Source: Oscillospiraceae bacterium (GTDB taxonomy: Bacteria > Bacteroidota > Bacteroidia > Bacteroidales > Bacteroidaceae). Taken from it: a stretch of DNA of 64,000 nt. How positions within the stretch are numbered: the first letter of the stretch is position 1; each line of letters starts with the position of its first letter. This document shows, one piece after another, positions 1 to 9,090 of this stretch. A model generated the notes under the pieces. It was not told the DNA's origin. It saw nothing but the letters and a program-made list of their open reading frames with translations, and ran no database searches. The stretch spans positions 47,105 through 111,104 of the forward strand of contig CAVDNW010000001.1 in the NCBI GenBank assembly GCA_963610435.1. The letters run 5' to 3'. Both the position numbers and the translations under genes were made by a program.

Positions 1-562
1 CTAGGGTGCTCCTTGATGCAAAGACGGTCACCTTTTCGGGCGACAGTTGTGTATGGGAGAGATAGTAGTTTTTGGCGGGTACTACGTTGCCTGTTAGCTT
101 CACGGCAATGGAGCGCCGCTCTCCGTAGTTGAAGTTGAAGCTAAGTCCGTCTGTCTTGATGCTTGTGATGACCGACGAGGAGTACAGCTGCTGCCGCACA
201 AGCTTCTGTATGTCGGCGGCAGACACCTGTCCGTGGCCGGTCTGCTTGTTGGCGTAGGTGTTGAAATTAAGGGTGATGAGTTTGGGTTCGTGGCTCGACA
301 TATAGGAGACGAGCATGAAACCTTTGTCGCGCACGGTGACGCGTACGGTGTCGGTGAGGTCGGTGGTCATCACCACATTGCCGGGGACTCCAGTGAGGCG
401 GACGGGTACTGGCAGCTCTTTCTCGTAGGTCTCATTGAGCGTCATCATAAGCCAGAAGATGCCGCTCAGCACGAGAAAGAACAGAAAAATCAGAAACTCC
501 TTGTTCATCCAACTGAACAGGGAGCTCCTGACCACTTGATATATCTTCTTCAGATTATGCAT
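1..562 (-). CDS. YbbR-like domain protein, 5' part only (continues past left edge)
   Basis: Absent from the ORF track because it has no stop in the window. Hand translation of the minus strand from ATG 562 gives MHNLKKIYQVVRSSLFSWMNKEFLIFLFFLVLSGIFWLMMTLNETYEKELPVPVRLTGVPGNVVMTTDLTDTVRVTVRDKGF..., one TM helix followed by a beta-rich YbbR-like pattern. The start overlaps the yajC stop. Position after nusB-yajC is typical of Bacteroidales. Alternative start at ATG 508. Confidence 0.55.
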   Translation of the reverse strand, partial: MHNLKKIYQVVRSSLFSWMNKEFLIFLFFLVLSGIFWLMMTLNETYEKELPVPVRLTGVPGNVVMTTDLTDTVRVTVRDKGFMLVSYMSSHEPKLITLNFNTYANKQTGHGQVSAADIQKLVRQQLYSSSVITSIKTDGLSFNFNYGERRSIAVKLTGNVVPAKNYYLSHTQLSPEKVTVFASRSTL

Positions 563-878
563 TCGGTTGCTGCTGGGCAACGTCTGCGAAGACATAGCCC
601 TTGTCCACGGTGACGACAACGCCATGTGCCACTTCCACGTCGACCGTGTTCTTCGCCTGGTCGATGCGCTTCACTGTGCCGTAGATGCCACCGCCGAGTA
701 CAACCTTGGCACCTTCCTGCAGGGCGTTTTGGAACTCACGGATTTTCTTTTGGCGCTTCTGCTGAGGGCGAATCATGAAAAACCACATGATGGCAAAGAT
801 GGCCACCATCATAATCAGCATGCCGCCCATGCCGCCGCCTTTTTGTGCTGCCTGTGCAGCCAGTACGAGTGTTGTCAT
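555..878 (-). CDS. yajC: preprotein translocase subunit YajC
   Basis: 107 aa with one TM segment (MLIMMVAIFAIMWFFMIRPQQKRQKK) followed by the conserved GGIYGTV..D motif. Confidence 0.9.
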   Translation of the reverse strand: MTTLVLAAQAAQKGGGMGGMLIMMVAIFAIMWFFMIRPQQKRQKKIREFQNALQEGAKVVLGGGIYGTVKRIDQAKNTVDVEVAHGVVVTVDKGYVFADVAQQQPNA

Positions 879-904
879 TGTTTAATATTCTTCGTTGTTA
901 TTGA

Positions 905-2032
905 TTATTCGCTGTCTTTGGTCTCGGCGTTGCCAGTCACGGATGCCGTCTCGTTGCCGGGAATCGCCTCGGGGAAGTCGTTCTCCTGAGCTTTTGTGGT
1001 CTGCTGCTCTTCGCTAGCCTTGGGCTTGTGGACAAATCTCACGCGGCCCGTCGGAACATTGTCGCTGCCGTTGGCGGTGTCCTGCTGCTTGGTGCGTGGC
1101 TCAGGCAGGTCTTTCAGCATCTTGCCCGTAGTGACCAGGTAACGCGCGATGGTGTCGAGCATGCCGTTGACGTAGCTGCTGCTGCGGGGCGTGCTGTAGA
1201 GCTTGGCCAGCTCCACAAACTCGTTGATGGTGACCTGGGCGGGAATACCGGGGAAGGTGAGCAGCTCGGCAATGGCTATCTGCATGATGACCACGTCCAT
1301 GTAGGCAAGGCGGGAGAAGTCCCAGTTGCGCGATGCCTCGCTCATGTAGTGCTGGTAGGTGTCGGCATTGAGGATGGTGGCACGGAAAAGCTTGCGCGCA
1401 AACTCCTTGTCTTCCTCGTCCTTGTATTCGGGGAGGAGCTCTTGCTTGCTGTTGTTCTTGGGGTCGAAGCGCTTGATGGTCTTCAATACAAAGGTGTCGA
1501 TGACTTCCTTGTCGTCGTTCCAGTAGAGGCTTTTCTCCTCCAGCAGAGCTTCGATGTCGGGGTTGTCCTGTATGAGCTGTTTGTACAGCTTGCGCCATAC
1601 CTCGCGGTCGTCCTCATAGGAGTCGGCGCTGGCATCGGACATATAGTCCTGGTAGGTTTGGCTTTGTTCTATTTGGTTGCAGAGCTTGCGCACAAACTCA
1701 ATGTCGTTGTCCCATGTCAATTTCTTCATCTCGATGAAGTCGTTGAGCATGTTGTTTACCTCCAGCTGGGTGGCGAACTTGTTGTTGACGAACTTCGGCG
1801 ACGGACGGTCGCTGCCTTCGCGCTCGGCGCGCTGGGTAAGGATGTCGTTGCGGTGACGCTCCTCGCGCGTGACAGCCACAATCAGCTCAAGAAGGAAGTT
1901 ATAGAGATCATAAGCCTTTGACAAGCTGAACAACAGCTCCTTCTCGGCGTTGTCCATGTTTTTGTTACCGTTCTGATAGTATGCGTAGGTTAACTGGACT
2001 ATCTTAATGCGAATGAGTTCACGATTGATCAT
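905..2032 (-). CDS. nusB: transcription antitermination factor NusB (long Bacteroidota form with low-complexity C-terminal tail)
   Basis: 375 aa. The C-terminal NusB core is recognisable (RLAYMDVVIMQIAIAELLTFPGIPAQVTINEFVELAKLYSTPRSSSYVNGMLD). Lies immediately upstream of yajC. Confidence 0.85.
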   Translation of the reverse strand: MINRELIRIKIVQLTYAYYQNGNKNMDNAEKELLFSLSKAYDLYNFLLELIVAVTREERHRNDILTQRAEREGSDRPSPKFVNNKFATQLEVNNMLNDFIEMKKLTWDNDIEFVRKLCNQIEQSQTYQDYMSDASADSYEDDREVWRKLYKQLIQDNPDIEALLEEKSLYWNDDKEVIDTFVLKTIKRFDPKNNSKQELLPEYKDEEDKEFARKLFRATILNADTYQHYMSEASRNWDFSRLAYMDVVIMQIAIAELLTFPGIPAQVTINEFVELAKLYSTPRSSSYVNGMLDTIARYLVTTGKMLKDLPEPRTKQQDTANGSDNVPTGRVRFVHKPKASEEQQTTKAQENDFPEAIPGNETASVTGNAETKDSE

Positions 2033-2165
2033 TACTCTTACCCTTTTCGTTCTAGTGAATTAGACTTAATGATGCAAAATTACTTAAAAAACTATATATA
2101 CCCAAAAGAAGGGATATAAAACTTTGTTTTTTTAAGGAAACTTTGCGCATTCCAATAAAAAGTAG

Positions 2166-2173
2166 TAACTTTG
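2166..2173 (+). promoter_or_regulatory. Bacteroidota -7 promoter box TAACTTTG (rplY)
   Basis: Exact TAnnTTTG match 121 nt upstream of the rplY ATG. Confidence 0.5.
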
Positions 2174-2293
2174 CACCGCTTTTCAGATTGGAAAAGGGTG
2201 TCGGCAGCCGTAAGTGGGCCGTCCGGATGCTTTCCTTTGCAGTCCAGTGTGATGGCGAATTAATTTACAAATTTAATTTAGAGTAACACAATT

Positions 2294-2911
2294 ATGAAAG
2301 AAATCAGTATCGTAGGTAAGAAGCGTGAAGCCATCGGCAAGAAAGCTTCTAAGGCCCTCCGCAAGGAAGGCTATGTCCCTTGTAACCTTTATGGTGAGAA
2401 GAAGGTTGACGGCAAGCCCGTGGCTTTGTCATTCGCCATTGCTTTCTCTGAGCTCCGCAAGCTTATCTATACTCCTCACATTTATGTGATCAGCCTCGAT
2501 ATCGAGGGCGAGAAGCACACGGCTATTATGAAGGAGATTCAGTTCCATCCCGTGACAGACGCTCCTCTGCACGTTGATTTCTACGAGGTCAATGACCAGA
2601 AGCCTATCACCATCGGTATCCCCGTCAAGCTCAACGGCCTGGCCCAGGGTGTGCGTGACGGTGGCCGCATGAACCTCTCTATCCGCAAAATCAACGTCAC
2701 CGCTCCTTACCAGCAGATTCCCGAGCACCTTGACGTCGATGTCACGGCTCTTCGCATCGGCAAGAGCATCAAGGTGGGCGAGCTCTCATTCGAGGGCCTC
2801 GAGATGGCTACAAGCAAGGATGTTGTGGTCTGCTCCATCAAGATGACACGTAACGCCATGGCTGCCGCTGCCGCTGCTGCCGACGCTGAAAACGGTTCTG
2901 CTGCCGAATAA
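2294..2911 (+). CDS. rplY: 50S ribosomal protein L25/general stress protein Ctc
   Basis: 205 aa. N-terminus GKKREAIGKKASKALRKEGYVPCNLYG is typical of L25/Ctc. Ala-rich C-terminal tail. Followed by pth, as in many bacteria. Confidence 0.9.
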   Translation: MKEISIVGKKREAIGKKASKALRKEGYVPCNLYGEKKVDGKPVALSFAIAFSELRKLIYTPHIYVISLDIEGEKHTAIMKEIQFHPVTDAPLHVDFYEVNDQKPITIGIPVKLNGLAQGVRDGGRMNLSIRKINVTAPYQQIPEHLDVDVTALRIGKSIKVGELSFEGLEMATSKDVVVCSIKMTRNAMAAAAAAADAENGSAAE

Positions 2912-2942
2912 GGCAAAGACGGACAAAGTATCAATCCGTTAG

Positions 2943-3518
2943 ATGGACAAATACTTGATTTGTGGCCTTGGAAATCCTGGCGATGAATATGCCGGAACCC
3001 GCCACAACACAGGATTTATGGTATTGGACGCTTTCGCTAAAGCGTCCAATATTTGTTTTGAAGACAAGCGATATGGCTTCGTGGCGGAGACTTCACTCAA
3101 GGGCCGAAAGATCATTCTGCTGAAGCCTACCACCTTCATGAATCTGAGCGGAAACGCAGTGCGCTATTGGCTCAACAAGGAGAATATCGACCAGCAACGC
3201 CTGATGGTCGTCAGCGATGATGTGGCGTTGCCGTTGGGCGAGTTCCGTCTGAAGGCCAATGGCAGTAACGGAGGGCACAACGGTTTGGGCCATATCATCC
3301 AGCTTATCGGGCAGGATTTTGCGAGGCTTCGCGTGGGAATAGGCAACGATTATCCGCGCGGCGGACAGATAGACTGGGTGCTTGGCAGCTATTCGACACA
3401 GGACTTGGAGGTTTTGCAGCCCACCATCGACACGGCGGTGGACATCATCAGAAGCTTTGTCCTGCAGGGCATCGGCAATACCATGAACCAGTTCAACAAG
3501 CTGGGGAAAAGGAAATAA
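2943..3518 (+). CDS. pth: peptidyl-tRNA hydrolase
   Basis: 191 aa with the GLGNPG..Y..TRHNTGF signature. Confidence 0.95.
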   Translation: MDKYLICGLGNPGDEYAGTRHNTGFMVLDAFAKASNICFEDKRYGFVAETSLKGRKIILLKPTTFMNLSGNAVRYWLNKENIDQQRLMVVSDDVALPLGEFRLKANGSNGGHNGLGHIIQLIGQDFARLRVGIGNDYPRGGQIDWVLGSYSTQDLEVLQPTIDTAVDIIRSFVLQGIGNTMNQFNKLGKRK

Positions 3519-3521
3519 GGA

Positions 3522-3983
3522 ATGGAAAAGATGAAGCAAGAACGGCTCCCCAAGGTTAGCGAGAGTGCCCGCATCGACAAGTGGCTGTGGGCGGTGCGCA
3601 TCTTCAAGACGCGTTCGGTGGCTGCTGATGCCATCAAGAACAGCCGTGTGACAATCGGCAACAACAACGTGAAGCCTAGCCATGTCATCAAGGTGGGCGA
3701 CATCATCAACGTGAAGAAGCCGCCTGTCACTTATTCCTTCAAGGTGTTGGCCTGCATCGAACAGCGCGTGGGCGCCAAACTGATTCCCCAGGTCTATGAG
3801 AACGTCACCGACCCCAAGCAGTATGAGCTGTTGGAGATGAGCCGAATCAGTGGCTTTGTAGACCGTGCCCGTGGCACGGGACGCCCCACTAAGAAAGACC
3901 GCCGGGCTATCGATGCCTTTGTGGAACCCGCCCTGTTCGGATTCGATGATGATGACGACTGGGAGGATGACGGGCAAGCGTGA
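3522..3983 (+). CDS. hslR: S4-domain RNA-binding heat shock protein 15
   Basis: 153 aa. RIDKWLWAVRIFKTRSVAADAIKNSRV is the S4/Hsp15 motif. Acidic C-terminal tail. Confidence 0.85.
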   Translation: MEKMKQERLPKVSESARIDKWLWAVRIFKTRSVAADAIKNSRVTIGNNNVKPSHVIKVGDIINVKKPPVTYSFKVLACIEQRVGAKLIPQVYENVTDPKQYELLEMSRISGFVDRARGTGRPTKKDRRAIDAFVEPALFGFDDDDDWEDDGQA

Positions 3984-3993
3984 CTGACGGCAT

Positions 3994-4055
3994 CCCCTAC
4001 ATAACGAACGAACCCCAACGCTGGAATGCGTTGGGGTTCGTTCGTTATGTAGGGG
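3994..4055. terminator. 27-bp perfect hairpin between convergent hslR and OMP genes (bidirectional terminator candidate)
   Basis: cccctacataacgaacgaaccccaacg (3994-4020) pairs perfectly with cgttggggttcgttcgttatgtagggg (4029-4055). Loop is 8 nt. Confidence 0.7.
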
Positions 4056-4113
4056 TGCGTGTCATGCCTTTTCCCCATTTCGCTTGGCCGGTTTCACGTC
4101 GAGTTCGCTTGCC

Positions 4114-7074
4114 TTATCTCGGTCCGCCGAAACCGCCTCCGGGAGGCGGCCCTGGGCGGAAGCCGCCGCGGCCCGGTCTACCGTCTCTCGGTCCGTCTTC
4201 ACGACCACCCATGCCGCGCCGTGCTTCTCGGCTACCAAAAAGGTTGAGGCGGTAGTTGACGTGCAGCATTACGTAGCTGTTGATGGCATTGTATTCCGTG
4301 TCGGTCCTTTGGCTGGCGCTGAGCGAGCGTGAGAAGTTGCTTTGATTGTGCAGAATGTCGTAGAACTGAAGCATCACGGTCAGCGGCTTGCCTTTGAGGA
4401 AGCTTTGCGAGAGCTGTGCGTTCCATACGAACTCATTGGTGTTGAGCGATGCGTCGCTGTATCCGCGGCGGCTGCTCATGTGGAGGTCGGTGGCGATGGT
4501 CGTTCCCCAAGGTGCTCTGACATTGAAGTTAAGGCCATAGGAGAACTGCCAGGTGTCAAGGTTCGACGAGGCTTGCAGTTCGTTGCGTGAGTGGCGGTAG
4601 CCCAGCGAGCCGTCAAACTCTACCTCAAACCAGTCGTTCCGGTAGCTGGCGGACAGCCGTTCGTTGATGTTCATATCCTTCGTCGTATTTTTCAGCGAGC
4701 TTTGGTTTTTCCCCAAGGTCACGTATCCAACGTTGTTGTTAAAGCTGAGGTCGGTGAAGGTGTTTACGTTCCAGTTGCCGGCTGAGTCGAGCGGCGTGTT
4801 GAACATCAGGGCGGAGTTGATGCTCCAGTCGCCATTGATGTTTTCGGGTCGTGTGATGCGCCCGCCTGTCTGCTCATTGTAGGTTACAGCTTGGCTGATG
4901 GAGTTGCTGGTGGTGTTAAATCCGAAGTTGGCCATAACGGCTTGTTTCGTCTTCTGGAAGTAGCTGTTGTAGAAGACCGAGAACCGCTGTGTGAACGAAG
5001 GCTTCAGTCCCGGGTTACCCGTGGAGATGTTGAGCGGGTTTGAGTCATCGTAGATGTCGAGCAGGTCGGTGATGCTGGGCTGCGTTGTAGAGGCGCGGTA
5101 GTTGACCCTGAGGTTGCTCACTTTGTTGAAGCGATAGCGGAAATCGAAGGTTGGCGAGATGTTGAAGACGTTGCGGGTGGTGTCGACGCTCACTCCCTGG
5201 TAGTCCTGTATGTAGTGGGATTTCTGCGGTTGTGCCAGCACACCGGCGTTCATCTGCCATTTGGTTTGTATCATGCGGAACATCAGTTCGATGCTGTGCG
5301 TGTAGTTCTTGTACTCCGAGTATCTGCTCAGGTCGGTGTCGAGGTAGTCGGTGTAGGGCTTGTCGAGGCGTCCCAGGTAATTGTCCCAAAGACGATAGCC
5401 CGATTTCAGACCGCTGAAGAAGTCCTCGCCGAGGTTGGAGAAGTCGTAGGTGTTGCGGTCGCTTTTGTTGTAACTGTAATTGAAACGATAGCGAAGTTGC
5501 AGGAAGGCACCTTTCCATAGCGGTTCGCTATAGGTGGCCTGCAGGGTGTAGTTCCACTTTTTGCCGGGCGTCAGCGTGTAGCGGTTGGTCTGGTAGGTGG
5601 AATCGTTTCCGTAGCTGTCCTTGAGTTGGTAGAGGTGGACGTTGTTCATCGACAGGCTGTTGGACTGCGAGTCGCTGTAGTTGGCATCTGCCCTCAACGT
5701 TACGTTGCGTCCTTTGTTGTTGAGCTTTCGGTTGACCTGTAGCATGCCTCCGAAGCTCTTGTTTTTGCTGTAGCTCATGGATGAGCGCTGGCTGGAGTTG
5801 ACCACGATGCTGTCTTCACTCAGTTCTCTCAGCGATTCCAAGGCAAGCGGGTCTATGACATACTTGTATGGGTCTTCGTTGAACGATGCCGACTGGCTTG
5901 CAGACAGTCCGTCGCTGGTGCTATAGCTCATTGTCGGCCGGAACATGATGTTGGTCATGCTGTCCGGTGTCCATTCCACCCGGAACTGAGCGTTCCAGCT
6001 GTTGCTCCTCGAATAGTTTTGGTTGATACTGTTGGAGAATGAGCCGACGGTGCTTACAAAGTTCTCTGATGATGTCTTGCTGTATGCATCGCCGTCGCTG
6101 TGGTTCCATCTGACGCTACCGTCCACCTTGAGTGTGTCCTTTTTCTCGTAGTTGATGTTGACGCCTGCCATCTTGGAGGCGTTGAGGCCGTTGCGTCCGC
6201 GTCCGAAGCCTCCGCCTCTTCCGCCAAACCCCATGTCATTGACGTTGTTGGCGTTGGCCATGCCGAAGACACGCCAGTCGCTGTTGAAGTATCCTCCGAA
6301 GAGTCTTGAGGAGTATCGGTCCTTGGTGCCTGCGCCCACGTCGACATTTGCCATGAGCCCCTTGTTGCTTCCGGGCTTGGTGCCGAAGTCGAGTACGGTC
6401 TGCTCATCTCCATCGTCGATGCCGGTGACGCGGGCCAGGTCGCTCTTCTGGTCGTAAGCCTTCACCTTGCTGATGATGGATGTCGGTATGTTCTTCATGG
6501 CTGTCTTTGTGTCTCCAGTCATAAATTCCTTTCCGTCCACGAGTATTTTCTTCACTTCCTTGCCGTTGATGGTGATCTTCCCGTCATCGTCAACCTTGGC
6601 TCCTGGGAGCCTTTTGACCAGTTCCTCGATGGTCGATCCCTCAGGCGTGCGATAGGCTGCGCTATTATAAATAAAGGTGTCTTCCTTAACGGTTACCTTC
6701 AGTGCCTGCGCCTTGACCACCGCTTCCTTGAGCAGGGTGGAGTTGGCCATTACTTGCAGCAGACCCATGTTGAGATTGTGGTCATCCTGCATCTGTATGC
6801 GCTTGACGGCCGGGACGTATCCCACGCTGGTCACTTTGAGCAGATATTTGTCGTTGGCTGGGGCCTGGATGACAAACTTTCCGCTGTCGTTGGACAATGC
6901 TCCGCTGATGAACGTGGAGTCCATCTTGAGCAACTGCACGGTGGCAAGCGACAGAGGCTCCTTCGACTCACTGTCGACCAGGAGCCCTGAAATTTCTCTT
7001 TTTTGGGCGAAAGCTATTGTTGTCATCAACAATAGGATGGCCAAGAGGAAGCTTTTTCTCATAGATAGTGGCAT
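4114..7074 (-). CDS. outer membrane beta-barrel receptor with N-terminal CarboxypepD_reg-like domain and plug (TonB-dependent-receptor-like)
   Basis: 986 aa. Has a signal peptide (LLAILLLMTTIAFAQ), a GLLVDSESKEPLSLATVQLL carboxypeptidase-regulatory-like fold, a plug-like INGKEVKKILVDGKEF segment and a long alternating-strand barrel ending in YRLNLF. A 40-aa Arg/Gly/Pro tail follows. The start may be ATG 7062. Confidence 0.8.
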   Translation of the reverse strand: MPLSMRKSFLLAILLLMTTIAFAQKREISGLLVDSESKEPLSLATVQLLKMDSTFISGALSNDSGKFVIQAPANDKYLLKVTSVGYVPAVKRIQMQDDHNLNMGLLQVMANSTLLKEAVVKAQALKVTVKEDTFIYNSAAYRTPEGSTIEELVKRLPGAKVDDDGKITINGKEVKKILVDGKEFMTGDTKTAMKNIPTSIISKVKAYDQKSDLARVTGIDDGDEQTVLDFGTKPGSNKGLMANVDVGAGTKDRYSSRLFGGYFNSDWRVFGMANANNVNDMGFGGRGGGFGRGRNGLNASKMAGVNINYEKKDTLKVDGSVRWNHSDGDAYSKTSSENFVSTVGSFSNSINQNYSRSNSWNAQFRVEWTPDSMTNIMFRPTMSYSTSDGLSASQSASFNEDPYKYVIDPLALESLRELSEDSIVVNSSQRSSMSYSKNKSFGGMLQVNRKLNNKGRNVTLRADANYSDSQSNSLSMNNVHLYQLKDSYGNDSTYQTNRYTLTPGKKWNYTLQATYSEPLWKGAFLQLRYRFNYSYNKSDRNTYDFSNLGEDFFSGLKSGYRLWDNYLGRLDKPYTDYLDTDLSRYSEYKNYTHSIELMFRMIQTKWQMNAGVLAQPQKSHYIQDYQGVSVDTTRNVFNISPTFDFRYRFNKVSNLRVNYRASTTQPSITDLLDIYDDSNPLNISTGNPGLKPSFTQRFSVFYNSYFQKTKQAVMANFGFNTTSNSISQAVTYNEQTGGRITRPENINGDWSINSALMFNTPLDSAGNWNVNTFTDLSFNNNVGYVTLGKNQSSLKNTTKDMNINERLSASYRNDWFEVEFDGSLGYRHSRNELQASSNLDTWQFSYGLNFNVRAPWGTTIATDLHMSSRRGYSDASLNTNEFVWNAQLSQSFLKGKPLTVMLQFYDILHNQSNFSRSLSASQRTDTEYNAINSYVMLHVNYRLNLFGSREARRGMGGREDGPRDGRPGRGGFRPGPPPGGGFGGPR

Positions 7075-7290
7075 TTGTGTAGATAGCCTTTCAAACTATC
7101 ATTGTTAGTATTTGTTCTATATGAATAGACGCAAAGTGTAAGAATAAGTTTAAACTCTACACCAAAAAAATAAAAAAAACACTCAGTTTGTTTGCACATT
7201 TGTAGCCGGGAATGCGCAAGATGGTGCCTGATACGCTTAAAAAGTCTTAATTTGTTAGGTGGGGTGGGGCGGTTCCTGTCATTTTATCAT

Positions 7291-7298
7291 TATATTTG
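7291..7298 (+). promoter_or_regulatory. -7 promoter box TATATTTG (aroB)
   Basis: TAnnTTTG match 20 nt upstream of ATG 7318. Confidence 0.5.
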
Positions 7299-7317
7299 TA
7301 ACACGAGAAAACATAGT

Positions 7318-8385
7318 ATGCTTATGAATCAGAGAGTCATCATATCCAAAAATTTGGAAACCGAGTTGGCCATTGCCATATCTGAGTGTGAGCACGACCG
7401 TCTTTTTGTGCTCACCGATGAGGTGACACACGAGCAGTGTCTCCCTCTTGTGAAGGATTTCTTTTGTCTGAAGGGTGCGCAGATTATCACGATAGGCGCT
7501 ACGGATGTCCACAAGGACCTGCAGTCGTTGACGCATGTGTGGCAGGCTCTTGATGAAGGCGGTGCTGATCGGCACAGTTGCCTCATCAATCTGGGTGGAG
7601 GCATGGTGACCGACTTGGGCGGTTTTGCGGCTTCCACTTTCAAGCGCGGCATCGATTTCATCAACATCCCGACGACGCTGCTGTCGATGGTCGACGCGTC
7701 GGTGGGTGGCAAGACTGGCATCAATTTCAATGGCTTGAAGAACGAGGTCGGCGTGTTCAATGACTCGCGGTTTGTTATCCTCGATACCCGTTTCCTCCGC
7801 ACGTTGGACGACCAGAACATGCGTTCGGGTTATGCCGAGATGCTGAAGCACGGTTTGATTTCGGATCAGTCGACCTGGGCGGAGCTGTTGCAGTTTGACC
7901 TATCTTGCCCCGACCTGTCCTCTCTACAGGCCATGGTGGCCAAATCGGTGCAGGTGAAGGAGGACGTGGTGAAGCGCGATCCTCATGAGAAGGGCATCCG
8001 GAAGGCCCTCAACTACGGGCACACCTTTGGTCACGCCTTCGAGAGTTTTTCGCTGAAGCACCACCGTGAAGACGAGGCTCCCATCCTTCATGGCTATGCC
8101 GTGGCCTATGGCATGATATGCGAGTTGTATCTGTCGGTGGTCAAGGCCGGCTTCCCCTCTGAGCAGATGCGGCAGACGGTTAACTTTATCCGCGACAACT
8201 ATGGGCGTTTTTCCATCACGTGCGACGACTATGATGAGCTACTCGCACTGATGCGCCACGACAAGAAAAACACATCGGGCATCATCAACTTCACTCTGCT
8301 CGATGCTATAGGCGACGTGCTTATCAACCAGACGGCCACCGATGAGGAAATCCGCGAGGCTCTCGATTTCTTCCGTGAAGGCTAG
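7318..8385 (+). CDS. aroB: 3-dehydroquinate synthase
   Basis: Track ORF 7192-8385 begins at a non-ATG codon. The first ATG, 7318 (MLMNQRVII), follows the promoter box. Motifs GGGMVTDLGGFAASTFKRGI and VDASVGGKTGIN are present. Confidence 0.9.
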   Translation: MLMNQRVIISKNLETELAIAISECEHDRLFVLTDEVTHEQCLPLVKDFFCLKGAQIITIGATDVHKDLQSLTHVWQALDEGGADRHSCLINLGGGMVTDLGGFAASTFKRGIDFINIPTTLLSMVDASVGGKTGINFNGLKNEVGVFNDSRFVILDTRFLRTLDDQNMRSGYAEMLKHGLISDQSTWAELLQFDLSCPDLSSLQAMVAKSVQVKEDVVKRDPHEKGIRKALNYGHTFGHAFESFSLKHHREDEAPILHGYAVAYGMICELYLSVVKAGFPSEQMRQTVNFIRDNYGRFSITCDDYDELLALMRHDKKNTSGIINFTLLDAIGDVLINQTATDEEIREALDFFREG

Positions 8386-8490
8386 GCAGCGGTAAAAAGG
8401 CGGCCTTGCGCAATATGGAGGATGAAGAATTTGCGGGCGCTTTCCCGGTCGGATGAGCTCCGTCAAATGATATGGGGCGCAGGATGTGGA

Positions 8491-8543
8491 AAACCGAAAA
8501 AGCAGGATTGCACGTACATCGTGCAATCCTGCTTTTTCGGTTT
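8491..8543. terminator. 24-bp perfect hairpin between convergent aroB and thioesterase genes
   Basis: aaaccgaaaaagcaggattgcacg (8491-8514) pairs perfectly with cgtgcaatcctgctttttcggttt (8520-8543). Loop is 5 nt. A-run and T-run arms would allow termination in both directions. Confidence 0.75.
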
Positions 8544-8567
8544 CATGCGCCATTGTCCGGGAGAGTC

Positions 8568-8999
8568 TCACTTCTCGCCGGTCTGCTTTTGTGACACGTG
8601 TATGATGTAGTTGGTGACATGGACAGTAGACACCAGTTCGCCTTTCCGGTTCTTGATGTCGACCTGCCATTCATGGAGTGTTCTTCCCTTGTATTGCAGT
8701 TTGGCGTAGGCCGTCACCACATCGCCTTCCCGCACTGCTCTGACATGGTTTCCGCTGACGTTGATACCGACACAGATGCGTTCGGGGCATAGTGCCATGG
8801 ATCCCACGCCCGCCGTGTTTTCGGCCAGAGCCAGCGATGCTCCGCCTGACAGAAAGCCGAACGGCTGCCGGTTGAGCTTGTCCACTTTCATGCGGGCCAT
8901 CAGCGTGTCGGGCTCGGGGGTGGAAACAAACTCCATGCCGAGCGTGTTTGACAGTCCGTCTTGTTTCTTGATGATTTCTATTTGTTTCTCGATGTTCAT
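8568..8999 (-). CDS. PaaI-family hotdog-fold thioesterase
   Basis: 143 aa. NTLGMEF...NRQPFGFLSGGASLALAENTAGVGS is typical of PaaI/DHNA-CoA thioesterases. Confidence 0.8.
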   Translation of the reverse strand: MNIEKQIEIIKKQDGLSNTLGMEFVSTPEPDTLMARMKVDKLNRQPFGFLSGGASLALAENTAGVGSMALCPERICVGINVSGNHVRAVREGDVVTAYAKLQYKGRTLHEWQVDIKNRKGELVSTVHVTNYIIHVSQKQTGEK

Positions 9000-9026
9000 G
9001 GCGGTAAAGCGTTTGTGATATTGGTT

Positions 9027-9063
9027 GAAAAAGCAGAGGCCTGGCCGTTGGCCAAACCTCTGC
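9027..9063 (-). terminator. rho-independent terminator after the T9SS glycosidase gene
   Basis: Stem gcagagg (9033-9039) pairs with cctctgc (9057-9063) and has an inner GC-rich part. On the minus strand a T-run follows (plus-strand gaaaaa, 9027-9032). Confidence 0.6.
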
Positions 9064-9090
9064 CGGTAGGGTGTAGCTTCAGATGCTTGT

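Noticed and set aside
2174-2293. 121-nt leader of rplY with small stems (cttttc/gaaaag at about 2178-2196), considered as an L25 autoregulatory leader.
   Set aside because: The stems are short, I know of no established L25 leader in Bacteroidota, and covariation cannot be assessed from a single sequence.
3980-4332. Three overlapping plus-strand ORFs (3980-4255, 4059-4247, 4084-4332) with Pro/Arg-rich products.
   Set aside because: They are the antisense image of the Arg/Gly/Pro tail of the outer-membrane barrel gene, and they begin inside the hslR terminator hairpin. No promoter box is present.
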